From Prevotella sp. (GTDB taxonomy: Bacteria > Bacteroidota > Bacteroidia > Bacteroidales > Bacteroidaceae), in assembly GCA_003483565.1 (NCBI GenBank), contig DMYZ01000231.1:8051-72050 (forward strand): 64,000 bases of DNA. The letters run 5' to 3'. A program made the translations under genes and the position numbers. Positions 1 through 9,422 of this stretch are shown piece after piece; positions within the stretch are counted from its first letter, which is position 1, and every line of letters starts with the position of its first letter. The notes below the pieces were generated by a model. That model worked only from the letters and a program-made list of their open reading frames with translations. It had not been told where the DNA came from and searched no databases.

Positions 1-26
1 GATCCGAAGATAAGAAAGGAGCGGAA

Positions 27-977
27 ATGAAGTTCCGTTATTTCTTTCTTTTTTTTTCAATATCATTATTGTTCTTGACATCTTGTAAGCCACGAGTGTC
101 TAATCAATATTTATCACCCTCACAGATGGAGGATGTTCTTTATGATTATCATCTGGCGCAGGGTATTGCTGAGGCTCGTCACGCTACCCCCCAGGAGCAG
201 ACCGCTTATTATGCATCTGTTTTAAGGAAACATGATGTCACTCAGGCTAAGTTTGATTCTTCTTTAGTCTATTATACACGTCATACAGAGTTACTGCATG
301 ATATCTATGAAAAATTAGTTGATCGGTTTAAAGATAAGGACCAGTCTTTGGGCGTATCTGCTTCGGATATGGAGGCTATGGGAGGTAATGTCGCTTCTGG
401 TGATACGGCTAGTATTTGGCGTGGACCTTCTGCTATTGTCCTGTCACCTAACCAGCCATTTAATGTAGAGTCTTTCTCTATACCGGTGGATTCTGGTTTT
501 CATAGAGGTGATCGTTTGTTGTTGGATTTTGATGCACAGTTTCTATATCAGGATGGTATGCGTGATGGAATAGCTACAGTTGTTGTAACTTTTAAGAATG
601 ACAGTGTTGCGAGTCAACTTGTCCATATTCAGAATACTCAACACTATAGCCTTATGATTGAGGATGCTGATACGCTTGGAATCAAGAGTGTCAAAGGATA
701 TTTTCTGTTGAGTCAGGGAAGTGATATGGGATCAGGTACTACAACACTAAAATTGATGATTCTGCAGAATATTCGTATGATTCGTCTTCATATTAATCGT
801 TCAGCACAGTCGAAGAAAGTCTCTGGCTTATCACCAAATTCGGATTCTTCGGCAACAGTCAGAGACAATGGCTCATCAAATGTATCACATATGCCACCAG
901 TCCCTTTATCAAATCCGGGGGGAGGACTTCCTCCGGGGCCTTCTGCAGAACCTCTTCGAATGAGCCGCCCTAAATAG
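27..977 (+). CDS. DUF4296-like lipoprotein
   Basis: Lipobox (FLTSC); 'MEDVLYDYHLAQG...FDSSLVYY' resembles the Bacteroidetes DUF4296 family; Pro/Gly-rich C-terminal tail. Confidence 0.75.
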   Translation: MKFRYFFLFFSISLLFLTSCKPRVSNQYLSPSQMEDVLYDYHLAQGIAEARHATPQEQTAYYASVLRKHDVTQAKFDSSLVYYTRHTELLHDIYEKLVDRFKDKDQSLGVSASDMEAMGGNVASGDTASIWRGPSAIVLSPNQPFNVESFSIPVDSGFHRGDRLLLDFDAQFLYQDGMRDGIATVVVTFKNDSVASQLVHIQNTQHYSLMIEDADTLGIKSVKGYFLLSQGSDMGSGTTTLKLMILQNIRMIRLHINRSAQSKKVSGLSPNSDSSATVRDNGSSNVSHMPPVPLSNPGGGLPPGPSAEPLRMSRPK

Positions 978-988
978 AAGGAAAAATT

Positions 989-1204
989 ATGATGGATTAT
1001 AGAAAGGTAGCAGCTAATTTCGTAATTATTGGAGATTGTAAACTTCATCCGGCTGTTGTTGAAATAAGTGAGGGACGAGTAGTCAACTATTATGAATTCA
1101 GCGATGAACTTCCAATGACAGAGTGGATTGGAGGGACTGTTATCTTACAGAGAGATAGAGAAAATATTCTTCGTGCTTATAAGGATGCACAAATTATTGA
1201 ATAA
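989..1204 (+). CDS. small hypothetical protein
   Basis: 71-aa ORF tightly packed between co-oriented genes, A-rich start context. Confidence 0.65.
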   Translation: MMDYRKVAANFVIIGDCKLHPAVVEISEGRVVNYYEFSDELPMTEWIGGTVILQRDRENILRAYKDAQIIE

Positions 1205-1215
1205 ATAAAAATATT

Positions 1216-2067
1216 ATGTTGAGTATAGAAGAACTAGAAAATCAATTGATAGATCTTGCTTTTGCTGAGGATATTGGTGACGGTGATCATACAACTTTAT
1301 GTTGTATTCCTGAGAAGGCTATGGGGAAGAGCCATCTCCTTGTTAAGGAAGATGGTATTCTTGCAGGTGTAGAAGTTGCTAAAAAAGTATTGACCCGTTT
1401 TGATCCAACTCTTCAGGTGCAGGTTATTATTCAGGATGGTACTTTTGTGAAAACCGGTGATATTGCTATGGTTGTGTCTGGAAGGGTTCGTTCTCTTTTA
1501 CAGACAGAGCGCTTGATGCTTAATATCATGCAGCGCATGAGCGGTATTGCTACTATGACGCATCATTATGTGGAACGTATTGCTGGCACAGGCGCTCATG
1601 TTCTCGATACAAGGAAGACAACCCCTGGCATGCGAATATTAGAGAAGCAGGCTGTTAAGATAGGTGGTGGAATGAACCATCGTATTGGTCTTTTTGACAT
1701 GATCCTTCTTAAGGATAATCATGTTGATTTTTCCGGTGGTATTTCTAATGCAATTCATCGCTGCCATGAATATATCAAGGAAAAGAATCTTGACTTGAAA
1801 ATTGAAATTGAAGTTCGTAATTTTAATGAATTAAATCAAGTTCTGGAATGTGGAGGAGTTAATCGGATTATGCTCGATAATTTTACAGTTGCGGACACTC
1901 GTAAAGCTGTCGAATTGATAGATCACCGTTATGAGACAGAATCATCTGGTAATATAACGATTGATACTATCCGTGATTATGCCAATCAGGGGGTTGATTT
2001 TATTTCTGTTGGTGCATTGACTCATTCTGTAAAAGGATTGGATATGAGTTTTAAAGCATGTGAATGA
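1216..2067 (+). CDS. nadC: quinolinate phosphoribosyltransferase (nicotinate-nucleotide diphosphorylase)
   Basis: DTRKTTPG, HRIGLFDMILLKDNH, EIEV, IMLDN, ISVGALTHS motifs. Confidence 0.97.
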   Translation: MLSIEELENQLIDLAFAEDIGDGDHTTLCCIPEKAMGKSHLLVKEDGILAGVEVAKKVLTRFDPTLQVQVIIQDGTFVKTGDIAMVVSGRVRSLLQTERLMLNIMQRMSGIATMTHHYVERIAGTGAHVLDTRKTTPGMRILEKQAVKIGGGMNHRIGLFDMILLKDNHVDFSGGISNAIHRCHEYIKEKNLDLKIEIEVRNFNELNQVLECGGVNRIMLDNFTVADTRKAVELIDHRYETESSGNITIDTIRDYANQGVDFISVGALTHSVKGLDMSFKACE

Positions 2068-2084
2068 TTTAATAGATAAAAGGT

Positions 2085-3743
2085 ATGAATGTGAAAAAGA
2101 TATGTGCTTGCGTAGCCGGTATATGGCTGGCTCTTTCTCCAGCTTTGGCTTGCACTAATTTTATTGTAGGTAAGAATGCTTCTGTGGATGGATCTGTACT
2201 TTGCAGTTACAATGCAGACGATTATGGTATGTTTGTGGGGCTTTGTCATTATCCTGGCGGCAAACATGCCAAAGGAGAGATGAGGAAGATTGTGGACTGG
2301 GATACGCATGCTGCCCTTGGTGAGATTCCTGAAGCTCCTGAGACTTATAATGTTATTGGAAATATCAATGAGTATCAGGTGACGATAGGGGAAACAACCT
2401 ATGGAGGTCGTGCAGATATGGTTGATACTACTGGTCTCATAGATTATGGCAGTTTAATTTATATTGGTTTGCAGCGTAGTAAGACTGCTCGTGAAGCAAT
2501 TAAGACGATGACCTCTTTAGCTGAGAAGTATGGTTATCGTTCAGAAGGAGAGACTTTTACTATTTGTGACCCGAAGGAGGCATGGATACTTGAAATGCAA
2601 GGCTGTGGTGGCGATAAGAAGCAAAAGGTGGTCTGGTGTGCTGTCCGTATTCCGGATAATGCTATTTGTGGTCATGCCAACCAAAGTCGTATAGGTGTTT
2701 TTTCTAATTATAAAACAGAGGTCCTTCATAGCAAGAATGTGATAAGTTTTGCGCGTAGTAAAGGATGGTTTAATGGTGCAGATAAGGATTTCTCCTGGAA
2801 GAATTCTTATGCATTCCCTGATTTTGAGGGTCGTCGGTTCTGTGATGCCCGTGTATGGAGCTTTTTCAATCATTTTAAAGATATGCAGCGTTGGTTGCCT
2901 TGGGCTTTAGGTAAGGATGCTAGTGCTGAGGATATGCCTTTGTGGATCATTCCTAACCGGAAGTTGAGCGTGAAAGATGTTGAAGCTTGCATGCGTGATC
3001 ATTATGAAAATACTCCGTTGTCGGTAGCTGATGGTAATGACCTCGGTGGTGGTATCTGGCAGATGCCTTATCGCCTTACACCTCTTACATTTAAGGTTGA
3101 TGGTAAGGAATATTTCAATGAACGTCCAACGAGTACACAGCAGACAGGCTTTACTTACGTCAGTCAGATGCGCAGTTGGTTGCCTCGTCAAATTGGTGGT
3201 GTGCTGTGGTTTGGAAATGATGATCCCAATATGGTGGCTTATACTCCTATTTATTGTGGTAATACAGTTCAGCCGGAATGTTATAATACTCCTGGAGCAG
3301 ATGCTGTGACTTTTTCTGACAAGAATGCTTATTGGGTTTGTAATTGGGTGAGCAATATGGTTTATCCTCGTTATAGTTTGATGTTCCCGTCTGTTAAGGC
3401 AGTCCGTGATCGTTTAGACAGTACCTATATGGCTGATCAGCAGGGGGTGGAAATGAAAGCTCAGCAACTTTATGCTTCGAGTCCTCAGTCTGCAATCGAG
3501 TATTTGAATAAGTATAGTAATGACAATGCCCGTCAGATGCTTGCTATCTGGAAGAATCTGGCTACTTATCTTATTGTGAAATATAATGATATGACGATCA
3601 AACCGGAGAAAGGTGGCAAGTTTGCGCGTACTACAGAAGGTATTGGTGCTACGGTTGTTCGTCCAGGGTATCCAGAAAAGTATGCCCGGGAATTGATAAA
3701 ACAGACCGGAGATAAGTTTGTCTATCCTGAAAAGAAAAAGTAA
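2085..3743 (+). CDS. C69 family dipeptidase (Ntn hydrolase), secreted
   Basis: Signal peptide followed by catalytic CTN; NINEYQVTIGETT and ANQSRI motifs. Confidence 0.9.
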   Translation: MNVKKICACVAGIWLALSPALACTNFIVGKNASVDGSVLCSYNADDYGMFVGLCHYPGGKHAKGEMRKIVDWDTHAALGEIPEAPETYNVIGNINEYQVTIGETTYGGRADMVDTTGLIDYGSLIYIGLQRSKTAREAIKTMTSLAEKYGYRSEGETFTICDPKEAWILEMQGCGGDKKQKVVWCAVRIPDNAICGHANQSRIGVFSNYKTEVLHSKNVISFARSKGWFNGADKDFSWKNSYAFPDFEGRRFCDARVWSFFNHFKDMQRWLPWALGKDASAEDMPLWIIPNRKLSVKDVEACMRDHYENTPLSVADGNDLGGGIWQMPYRLTPLTFKVDGKEYFNERPTSTQQTGFTYVSQMRSWLPRQIGGVLWFGNDDPNMVAYTPIYCGNTVQPECYNTPGADAVTFSDKNAYWVCNWVSNMVYPRYSLMFPSVKAVRDRLDSTYMADQQGVEMKAQQLYASSPQSAIEYLNKYSNDNARQMLAIWKNLATYLIVKYNDMTIKPEKGGKFARTTEGIGATVVRPGYPEKYARELIKQTGDKFVYPEKKK

Positions 3744-3744
3744 T

Positions 3745-3900
3745 ATGGATTTCAATAGATTTGGTTCCTCTGGAGAATTTCGCCGTGAGGAACTTATCCG
3801 GTCAATTGAGCACGGCATAGAACAGTTGACTGTTTCAGAGCTCGAAGCTGTTTATTATGATTTGATATCCAAAGGATATATAGAAAAAGGTAAGCTTTAA
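3745..3900 (+). CDS. small hypothetical protein (51 aa)
   Basis: ATG at 3745 directly after the dipeptidase stop; helical-looking sequence; ends inside a terminator hairpin. Confidence 0.6.
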   Translation: MDFNRFGSSGEFRREELIRSIEHGIEQLTVSELEAVYYDLISKGYIEKGKL

Positions 3901-3919
3901 AAGCTTACCTTTTTCTATA
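3879..3919. terminator. bidirectional intrinsic terminator
   Basis: Inverted repeat tatagaaaaaggtaagctt / aagcttacctttttctata between convergent genes. Confidence 0.85.
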
Positions 3920-3930
3920 AGGTGAGTTTC

Positions 3931-4197
3931 CTATTCAATAATACCTGCCTGCAACCATTTATTTGTCAGATCTTTACAGTCAGCGAGGGCATCATCATAT
4001 TTTACTTCATATTCTTCCGTCAGCCAGTTGGCTAAATCTTCATTGGTAAAGTCATTATTCCCTATTTTATTCCAGAGAAAGACTGAAGAATCATTCATAC
4101 TGATTATCTTACTGAAATCAATATTTTCCTTTCCCTCTGCGATAATAATGTTTTCACCGCAAATATTCATAAGCTTAAATTTTTCTTTTGCTTTCAT
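3931..4197 (-). CDS. PqqD family protein (stand-alone RiPP recognition element)
   Basis: 88 aa with 'IISMNDSSVFLWNKI...LANWLTEEYEV...ALADC...WLQAGIIE', the PqqD/RRE pattern (LN-x-S/T-x3-W, EYEV). Confidence 0.88.
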   Translation of the reverse strand: MKAKEKFKLMNICGENIIIAEGKENIDFSKIISMNDSSVFLWNKIGNNDFTNEDLANWLTEEYEVKYDDALADCKDLTNKWLQAGIIE

Positions 4198-4215
4198 TTA
4201 TTGAGTTTATTGTTT

Positions 4216-4701
4216 TTAAATAGTACCCAAAAGGGGTATCCATATTCTTTTATAAAAAGCTAAAAGGTATCTTCTGACAGGATAAAGGCTGCACCAGATC
4301 TTTGAATATAGTTTCCATTTTCTTCCGGTAGTTAAATCTGCTTTTCCCCTTCCTTTACGGTAAAAAGCGATGACTTTTCCTTTAATATCTTCTAGTTTAC
4401 AGTATTCACATCTTAAATTACCATCACCGCGAAGAGTGACGTCATCACCCTCTATTTTTATGAGACGGTGAAGAACAAATGTCTTGGGATGGATTTCAGC
4501 AAGCACAGCATCATTTTCTTTGATATCAACAGGCTTTCCTAATAAAGCTTTATCCCTGTTGTCTTCCAAAAAAGGACGCATGGAAAATCCTTTTAGCCGT
4601 AATGTTACTGTATGTCCTTTGCTTAATAATTCACTTACCTGAGGCAGTAGAATAGCATTAGGTAATTTTATTTCTTTGATTTCGTGATGTTCTGATGACA
4701 T
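4216..4701 (-). CDS. S24/S26 family peptidase, no obvious membrane anchor
   Basis: GFSMRPFL (catalytic Ser box), VLHRL (His general base), RGDGN motifs. Confidence 0.85.
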   Translation of the reverse strand: MSSEHHEIKEIKLPNAILLPQVSELLSKGHTVTLRLKGFSMRPFLEDNRDKALLGKPVDIKENDAVLAEIHPKTFVLHRLIKIEGDDVTLRGDGNLRCEYCKLEDIKGKVIAFYRKGRGKADLTTGRKWKLYSKIWCSLYPVRRYLLAFYKRIWIPLLGTI

Positions 4702-5567
4702 ATAACAGCAGCTTCTTGATCAGGTAGACAATGTAATGTATAAATGTTTGTTGTTTCAACAATTTTGGATACAATCATGCAGATACGTGTAAAAATATCC
4801 TCATCCCATTTCATAATAGAGCACGAGGGGAGTACAGATGCAAAAGCTTCTATAGCTTTCAATTGTTCTATACTGTTTTGCTGGGCATGTCTTATACGGG
4901 TGACAGCTCCTAACTTAGCCTTTACATTTCTGTAACAAGGTGTCTTTCCGCTCCAGGGACTTCCATATATATAAGGTTTACCTTTTATGATTCTAATAAC
5001 GGGATTATCGTCATTCATTAAATCACAACCAGGAATATATCGAAGCCACATGCTCACCTGTGTACTTTTTCCAACACCACTTTTTGCGATGAAAGCATAA
5101 CCATAATCATTTTCTCTCACCAAAGAAGCATGCATTAAAACAGTTTGATGTCTGCTCCCTGCAAAGGCAAAGATCAACATCAAGACATTGTTCAGTCCGA
5201 AACATCGCATATTGTAATTTCCCTTGAGAGCACAATTGCACTGATCAAAATTCTTGTTGGCAATAAGTAATGCACATTCATTTCCATTGATATCTTTAAT
5301 GATATACTGGTACCCTCCATCTTTCAGCTGGTCAACGATAGTAGCACCATTTCCTGTCTCGAATGTCCTTATACGTTCTCTCTTTTCTTTGGATACTGGT
5401 TGCAATTCATCATTGACAGCACATTCGAAAAATAAATCTCCATCTATAGTGTCTTTAAAAAACGGTTTAAATGAAGGTAAGAGACAATCTATAGAATATT
5501 TTGTTTTTTCAAAAGAGAGCTTGATGTTAAGATCTGCAATCTTATAATATCGGCTGTTCGCAATCAT
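4668..5567 (-). CDS. HPr kinase/PEPCK-like P-loop protein (putative peptide kinase)
   Basis: MHAS...AFIAKSGVGKST (Walker A)...MNDD...YGSPWSGKTPCY. Confidence 0.8.
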   Translation of the reverse strand: MIANSRYYKIADLNIKLSFEKTKYSIDCLLPSFKPFFKDTIDGDLFFECAVNDELQPVSKEKRERIRTFETGNGATIVDQLKDGGYQYIIKDINGNECALLIANKNFDQCNCALKGNYNMRCFGLNNVLMLIFAFAGSRHQTVLMHASLVRENDYGYAFIAKSGVGKSTQVSMWLRYIPGCDLMNDDNPVIRIIKGKPYIYGSPWSGKTPCYRNVKAKLGAVTRIRHAQQNSIEQLKAIEAFASVLPSCSIMKWDEDIFTRICMIVSKIVETTNIYTLHCLPDQEAAVICHQNITKSKK

Positions 5568-5576
5568 ATCTTCATA

Positions 5577-6146
5577 TTACATTGGACTACCCATATTTCC
5601 TCTCATGCCATCAGAAGCACCCATATGGTTTCCTTCTCTTCTGCCTGGACCACCATTTTCTTTGACTTGCATGTTTCTGATTCTTTTTCTGGCTTCTTTG
5701 GCTGCTTTCTCTTTCGCAGCTTCTTCAGCATCACTTATTTCGTATGGAACAATGTATTTAAAAGAAAAATCAGTGTTTTTGAGATACCTTATATCAAATG
5801 GGGTACCTTTTTTGCTGTCTGTATATTTCTTTAAAACTTTGTTATATTTTTCTTTAATATCTTTTTCAGAAAAGGCAAAAGTGGTAATGCATGTTCTGTT
5901 TGCTTCCCCCTTAGATTCGAGATAATTTTTTAATTGATAAGAATAATTGTCTCGTCCTGCTAAAAAATTTGTTTTTGTATTGATATACGCTGAGTCTACT
6001 TTCTGGATGCCGGTAAAGTAAACCGTAGAATCATTAAACGATGCCGCAATACCAAACATATAAGTTGGAGTTACTCTATTTTTCGCATATACTCCTGTTG
6101 CAGCTAAAAGTAAGGCAACAATCATTGTAAATTTCGATATCTTCAT
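5577..6146 (-). CDS. hypothetical exported protein
   Basis: Sec signal peptide (…ATGVYA); charged helix and Gly/Met-rich tail; packed between rpoD and the kinase. Confidence 0.75.
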   Translation of the reverse strand: MKISKFTMIVALLLAATGVYAKNRVTPTYMFGIAASFNDSTVYFTGIQKVDSAYINTKTNFLAGRDNYSYQLKNYLESKGEANRTCITTFAFSEKDIKEKYNKVLKKYTDSKKGTPFDIRYLKNTDFSFKYIVPYEISDAEEAAKEKAAKEARKRIRNMQVKENGGPGRREGNHMGASDGMRGNMGSPM

Positions 6147-6174
6147 TTTTTATAATTTAGTCATGTGATTTTTT

Positions 6175-7038
6175 CTATTGCCCCAAGAATCCTTTTAAGT
6201 ATTTATTCTGGGTGTTATGTCTGAGCCTGCGAATAGCTTTTTCTTTTATTTGTCTTACTCTCTCTCTTGTCAGACCGTATTTGTCCCCAATTTCCTCAAG
6301 GGTCATCTCTGCCTGTCCAAGTCCAAAAAAGGCCTCTATTACATTGCGCTCACGCTCGTTGAGGGTGTCTAGGGCACGTCCGATTTCTTCACGCAAAGAT
6401 TCCAGAACCAGCACTCTGTCTGCGTCCGGTGCATCTTGATCAGGCAAGACGTCCAGCAGGTTGTTGTCTTCACCATCCTGAAATGGGGCATCAACGCTGA
6501 TATGCCGTGTGTTGACTTTCATTGCTTCCTCAATTTTATCTTCAGAAAGGTCAATGTGCTCGGCAATTTCTTCAACACTAGGCCGGCGTTCATTTTTTTG
6601 CTCAAAGCTGTTAACCAGCCGGTTTATTTTATTTACACTGCCAACCTGATTCAGTGGAAGGCGAACTATACGGCTTTGCTCTGCCAATGCTTGCAGGATA
6701 CTTTGTCTAATCCACCATACGGCATAGGAGATGAATTTAAATCCTCTTGTCTCATCAAATTTTTGAGCAGCCTTGATAAGTCCAAGATTCCCCTCATTAA
6801 TAAGATCAGGAAGACTGAGTCCCTGATTCTGGTATTGTTTGGCAACAGAGACCACAAATCTCAAATTCGCTTTTGTTAGCTTTTCCAAAGCTTTTTTATC
6901 GCCCTTTTTAATTTTCTGGGCAAGTTCGACTTCCTCTTCAACTGATACCAAATCTTCATGACCGATTTCTTGAAGGTATCTGTCTAGAGATTCACTTTCA
7001 CGATTTGTGATAGATTTTGTGATCTTTAGTTGTCTCAT
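6175..7038 (-). CDS. rpoD: primary RNA polymerase sigma factor (Bacteroidetes type, lacks region 1.1)
   Basis: [15 protein letters not shown] start; [45 protein letters not shown]; start placed at 7038 because a promoter lies at 7060-7091. Confidence 0.95.
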   Translation of the reverse strand: MRQLKITKSITNRESESLDRYLQEIGHEDLVSVEEEVELAQKIKKGDKKALEKLTKANLRFVVSVAKQYQNQGLSLPDLINEGNLGLIKAAQKFDETRGFKFISYAVWWIRQSILQALAEQSRIVRLPLNQVGSVNKINRLVNSFEQKNERRPSVEEIAEHIDLSEDKIEEAMKVNTRHISVDAPFQDGEDNNLLDVLPDQDAPDADRVLVLESLREEIGRALDTLNERERNVIEAFFGLGQAEMTLEEIGDKYGLTRERVRQIKEKAIRRLRHNTQNKYLKGFLGQ

Positions 7039-7059
7039 GGCACGTAAGTTAGATACTTG

Positions 7060-7091
7060 CAAATGTACGGTTTTTAGTTGGTATAAACAAA
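7060..7091 (-). promoter_or_regulatory. Bacteroidetes sigma promoter for rpoD operon
   Basis: -7 TACATTTG (7067-7060) and -33 TTTG (7091-7088), 20-nt spacer. Confidence 0.75.
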
Positions 7092-7126
7092 AAATAGTAG
7101 ATATTTTTTGAGATATCTACTATTTT
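7091..7126 (-). terminator. intrinsic terminator of htrA
   Basis: aaaatagtagatat / atatctactatttt inverted repeat with T-run on minus strand. Confidence 0.7.
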
Positions 7127-7154
7127 CTAAATATTCATTATTTCCTGACGGAAA

Positions 7155-8639
7155 TTAGTTCTGCGTAAGAGGAACAGCAAAGTAAGCCTTCTTGCCTGAT
7201 GGCCAGATTCCCTGAATATAGAGTACTGGATCCTTACTGGTAGAAGCATTCTTCACAGCTTTCTGCAGTTCATCTATCGTGTTCATGTTCTGATCGTTGA
7301 CTTTTTGTATTATGAACCCTCGGCTGATGCCTGCTTTCTTGAAAGCTCCATTGTTGACTTTGGTTACTTCTATGCCATAGTTAATCTTAAGTTGGTCCTT
7401 CATATCCTTGGTGATTTCTCGGAAGTTGCCTCCAAGGATGTCTAAGTCTGCAGCTTTGATAACAGAGGTTGTGCCTTGAGCGTTTTTAAGTTCCACAGTC
7501 TTTGTCTTCTTCTCTTTGTTATGTAAATAAGTAAGGCTGATCTTTTCACCAGGGCGCTTGCTATTGATGATTTCCTGAAGTTCAGACATTTTGGTGATTT
7601 TCTTACCGTCAGCTGCTATAATGACATCACCTTCCTTCATGCCAGCTGCTGCTCCGGCACCGTCTTCATCGACTTTCGCAATATAAACCCCTTCATTTGT
7701 TCCCAGATTGACATCTTTACCGTTCTCTTTCTGGCTGTTAATGTAGTCGAGTACATTGCCGCCCTGAATGCCAAGCCATGCATGTTGCACACTGCCATAT
7801 TTCCTTATATCGTCTACAACTTTGGTCATGATGGAAGTAGGAATAGCAAAGCCATAACCACTGTAGCTGCCTGTCTGAGAGTACAGCATGGCATTAATTC
7901 CAACTAATTCTCCTTTGGTATTCACAAGGGCTCCACCGGAATTTCCCGGATTAATGGCAGCATCAGTCTGGATAAAACTAGAGATGCCAGGTCCTTCACC
8001 ATCACCTGTCAGACCGCGAGCTTTGGCACTTACAATGCCGGCTGTAACAGTAGAAGAGAGGTTGTAGGGATTGCCGACAGCAATGACCCATTCGCCGACT
8101 TTCAGATCATCGCTATTGCCAATAGGCAATGTTGGAAGATCTTTCCCGTTAATTTTGATAAGGGCAAGATCGGTTGCTGGATCTGTTCCAACTATTGTTG
8201 CATTAAATTCTCGGTTGTCGTTTAATGTCACTGTGAGTTCATCGGCGCCATTCACTACGTGATTGTTAGTTACGATATATCCATCGGAACTAATAATAAC
8301 ACCACTCCCGGTAGCCTCTTTCTTGGGAGTTTGCACCTGACGTTTTTGTGTGCCGCCATTGTTGTCTCCATTGTCTGGATTGCCGAAAAAACCAAAGGGA
8401 TCGAAGAAATCGCCAAATGGCTCCGACTGCACATCTACAGTCTTCGTCTTGGAGTTTTGTACAAATTTGATGTGAACTACAGCAGGAACAGCCTTTTCGG
8501 CTGCATAGGTCAAGTCTACGGGTTGACCAGAAAGTGTGTTTGCCTTTTCGGCTGCATTAACTTTCATAAGTGCACTAGAGGAAAATGTGAGCGAAGCAAC
8601 GCATAATCCGGAAATGACATACTTACCTAAATTATTCAT
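7155..8639 (-). CDS. htrA: HtrA/DegP serine protease with two PDZ domains
   Basis: GSGVIIS, TNNHVV, TDLALIK, IQTDAAINPGNSGGAL; signal peptide. Confidence 0.95.
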   Translation of the reverse strand: MNNLGKYVISGLCVASLTFSSSALMKVNAAEKANTLSGQPVDLTYAAEKAVPAVVHIKFVQNSKTKTVDVQSEPFGDFFDPFGFFGNPDNGDNNGGTQKRQVQTPKKEATGSGVIISSDGYIVTNNHVVNGADELTVTLNDNREFNATIVGTDPATDLALIKINGKDLPTLPIGNSDDLKVGEWVIAVGNPYNLSSTVTAGIVSAKARGLTGDGEGPGISSFIQTDAAINPGNSGGALVNTKGELVGINAMLYSQTGSYSGYGFAIPTSIMTKVVDDIRKYGSVQHAWLGIQGGNVLDYINSQKENGKDVNLGTNEGVYIAKVDEDGAGAAAGMKEGDVIIAADGKKITKMSELQEIINSKRPGEKISLTYLHNKEKKTKTVELKNAQGTTSVIKAADLDILGGNFREITKDMKDQLKINYGIEVTKVNNGAFKKAGISRGFIIQKVNDQNMNTIDELQKAVKNASTSKDPVLYIQGIWPSGKKAYFAVPLTQN

Positions 8640-8701
8640 AGTTTTTATCTTTTAATAAATACTTTCTTGTTTTTAAATATTATCTCATTTATTTTCGAAT
8701 G

Positions 8702-8709
8702 CAAATATA
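8702..8709 (-). promoter_or_regulatory. -7 promoter element for htrA
   Basis: TATATTTG on minus strand upstream of start. Confidence 0.55.
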
Positions 8710-8985
8710 AATGCATTTTCTTTTACTCGTTCAATTTCTATATCATCTTTATCCCATTTTAACAATTGAAATTAACACATTAACGCTACTTAAATATAGT
8801 GGCAACCTGTTTCCCTATTAAAATACTTGCCTTAGTAGAAAAATATATAGATCTTGAAAAATAGCGGAAAATTGTTAGTTCTATATATTTAATTAAAAGC
8901 GTTTCTTGTCTGAAAAATATTAAAAAAAACAAGAAAACAAAAGTAGAATAATAAGCTATAATTAGCTTTATTCATTAATTATTAT

Positions 8986-8993
8986 TACCTTTG
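8986..8993 (+). promoter_or_regulatory. -7 promoter element for rnpB
   Basis: TACCTTTG about 5 nt upstream of the RNA 5' end. Confidence 0.75.
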
Positions 8994-8998
8994 CGGCG

Positions 8999-9403
8999 AG
9001 AAAGCAGTGCTCTGGCACTGTCGCTGGCATTGTATGATGCGAGAGGAAAGTCCGGGCGGCACAGGGTACTCCACTTCCGAAACTAGAAGCTATTGGTGAC
9101 AGTAGGTATTGACAGAAGAGAATAACCGCCCCGTGAGATCTACCTAATCCATTTGGATTAGAAGGGGTAAGGGTGAGAAGGTGGTGCAAGAGACCACCAG
9201 CTGATGGGTGATCATCAGGCTGTGTCATCTGGAGGACGCAAGTTCATGTATACCGCAGGTAGAAGGTGACCCGCCTAATAGTCTTCGGACTTCTGCGGAG
9301 GGTAGAATGCTTGAGCTCAGGGGTGACCATGAGACTAGATAAATGACAGGCACCTCTTTGTAAAAAGAGGAACGGAACCCGGCTTACAGGAGCACTGCTT
9401 TCT
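8999..9403 (+). ncRNA. rnpB: RNase P RNA (bacterial type A)
   Basis: GAGGAAAGTCCGGGC near 9044, AGATAAATGA and GAACCCGGCTTAC near the 3' end; P1 helix agaaagcagtgctc / gagcactgctttct. Confidence 0.95.
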
Positions 9404-9422
9404 TTTTATTAAAATCTTTATT

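Noticed and set aside
8968-9228. 86-aa minus-strand ORF
   Set aside because: Antisense to the RNase P RNA; shadow ORF
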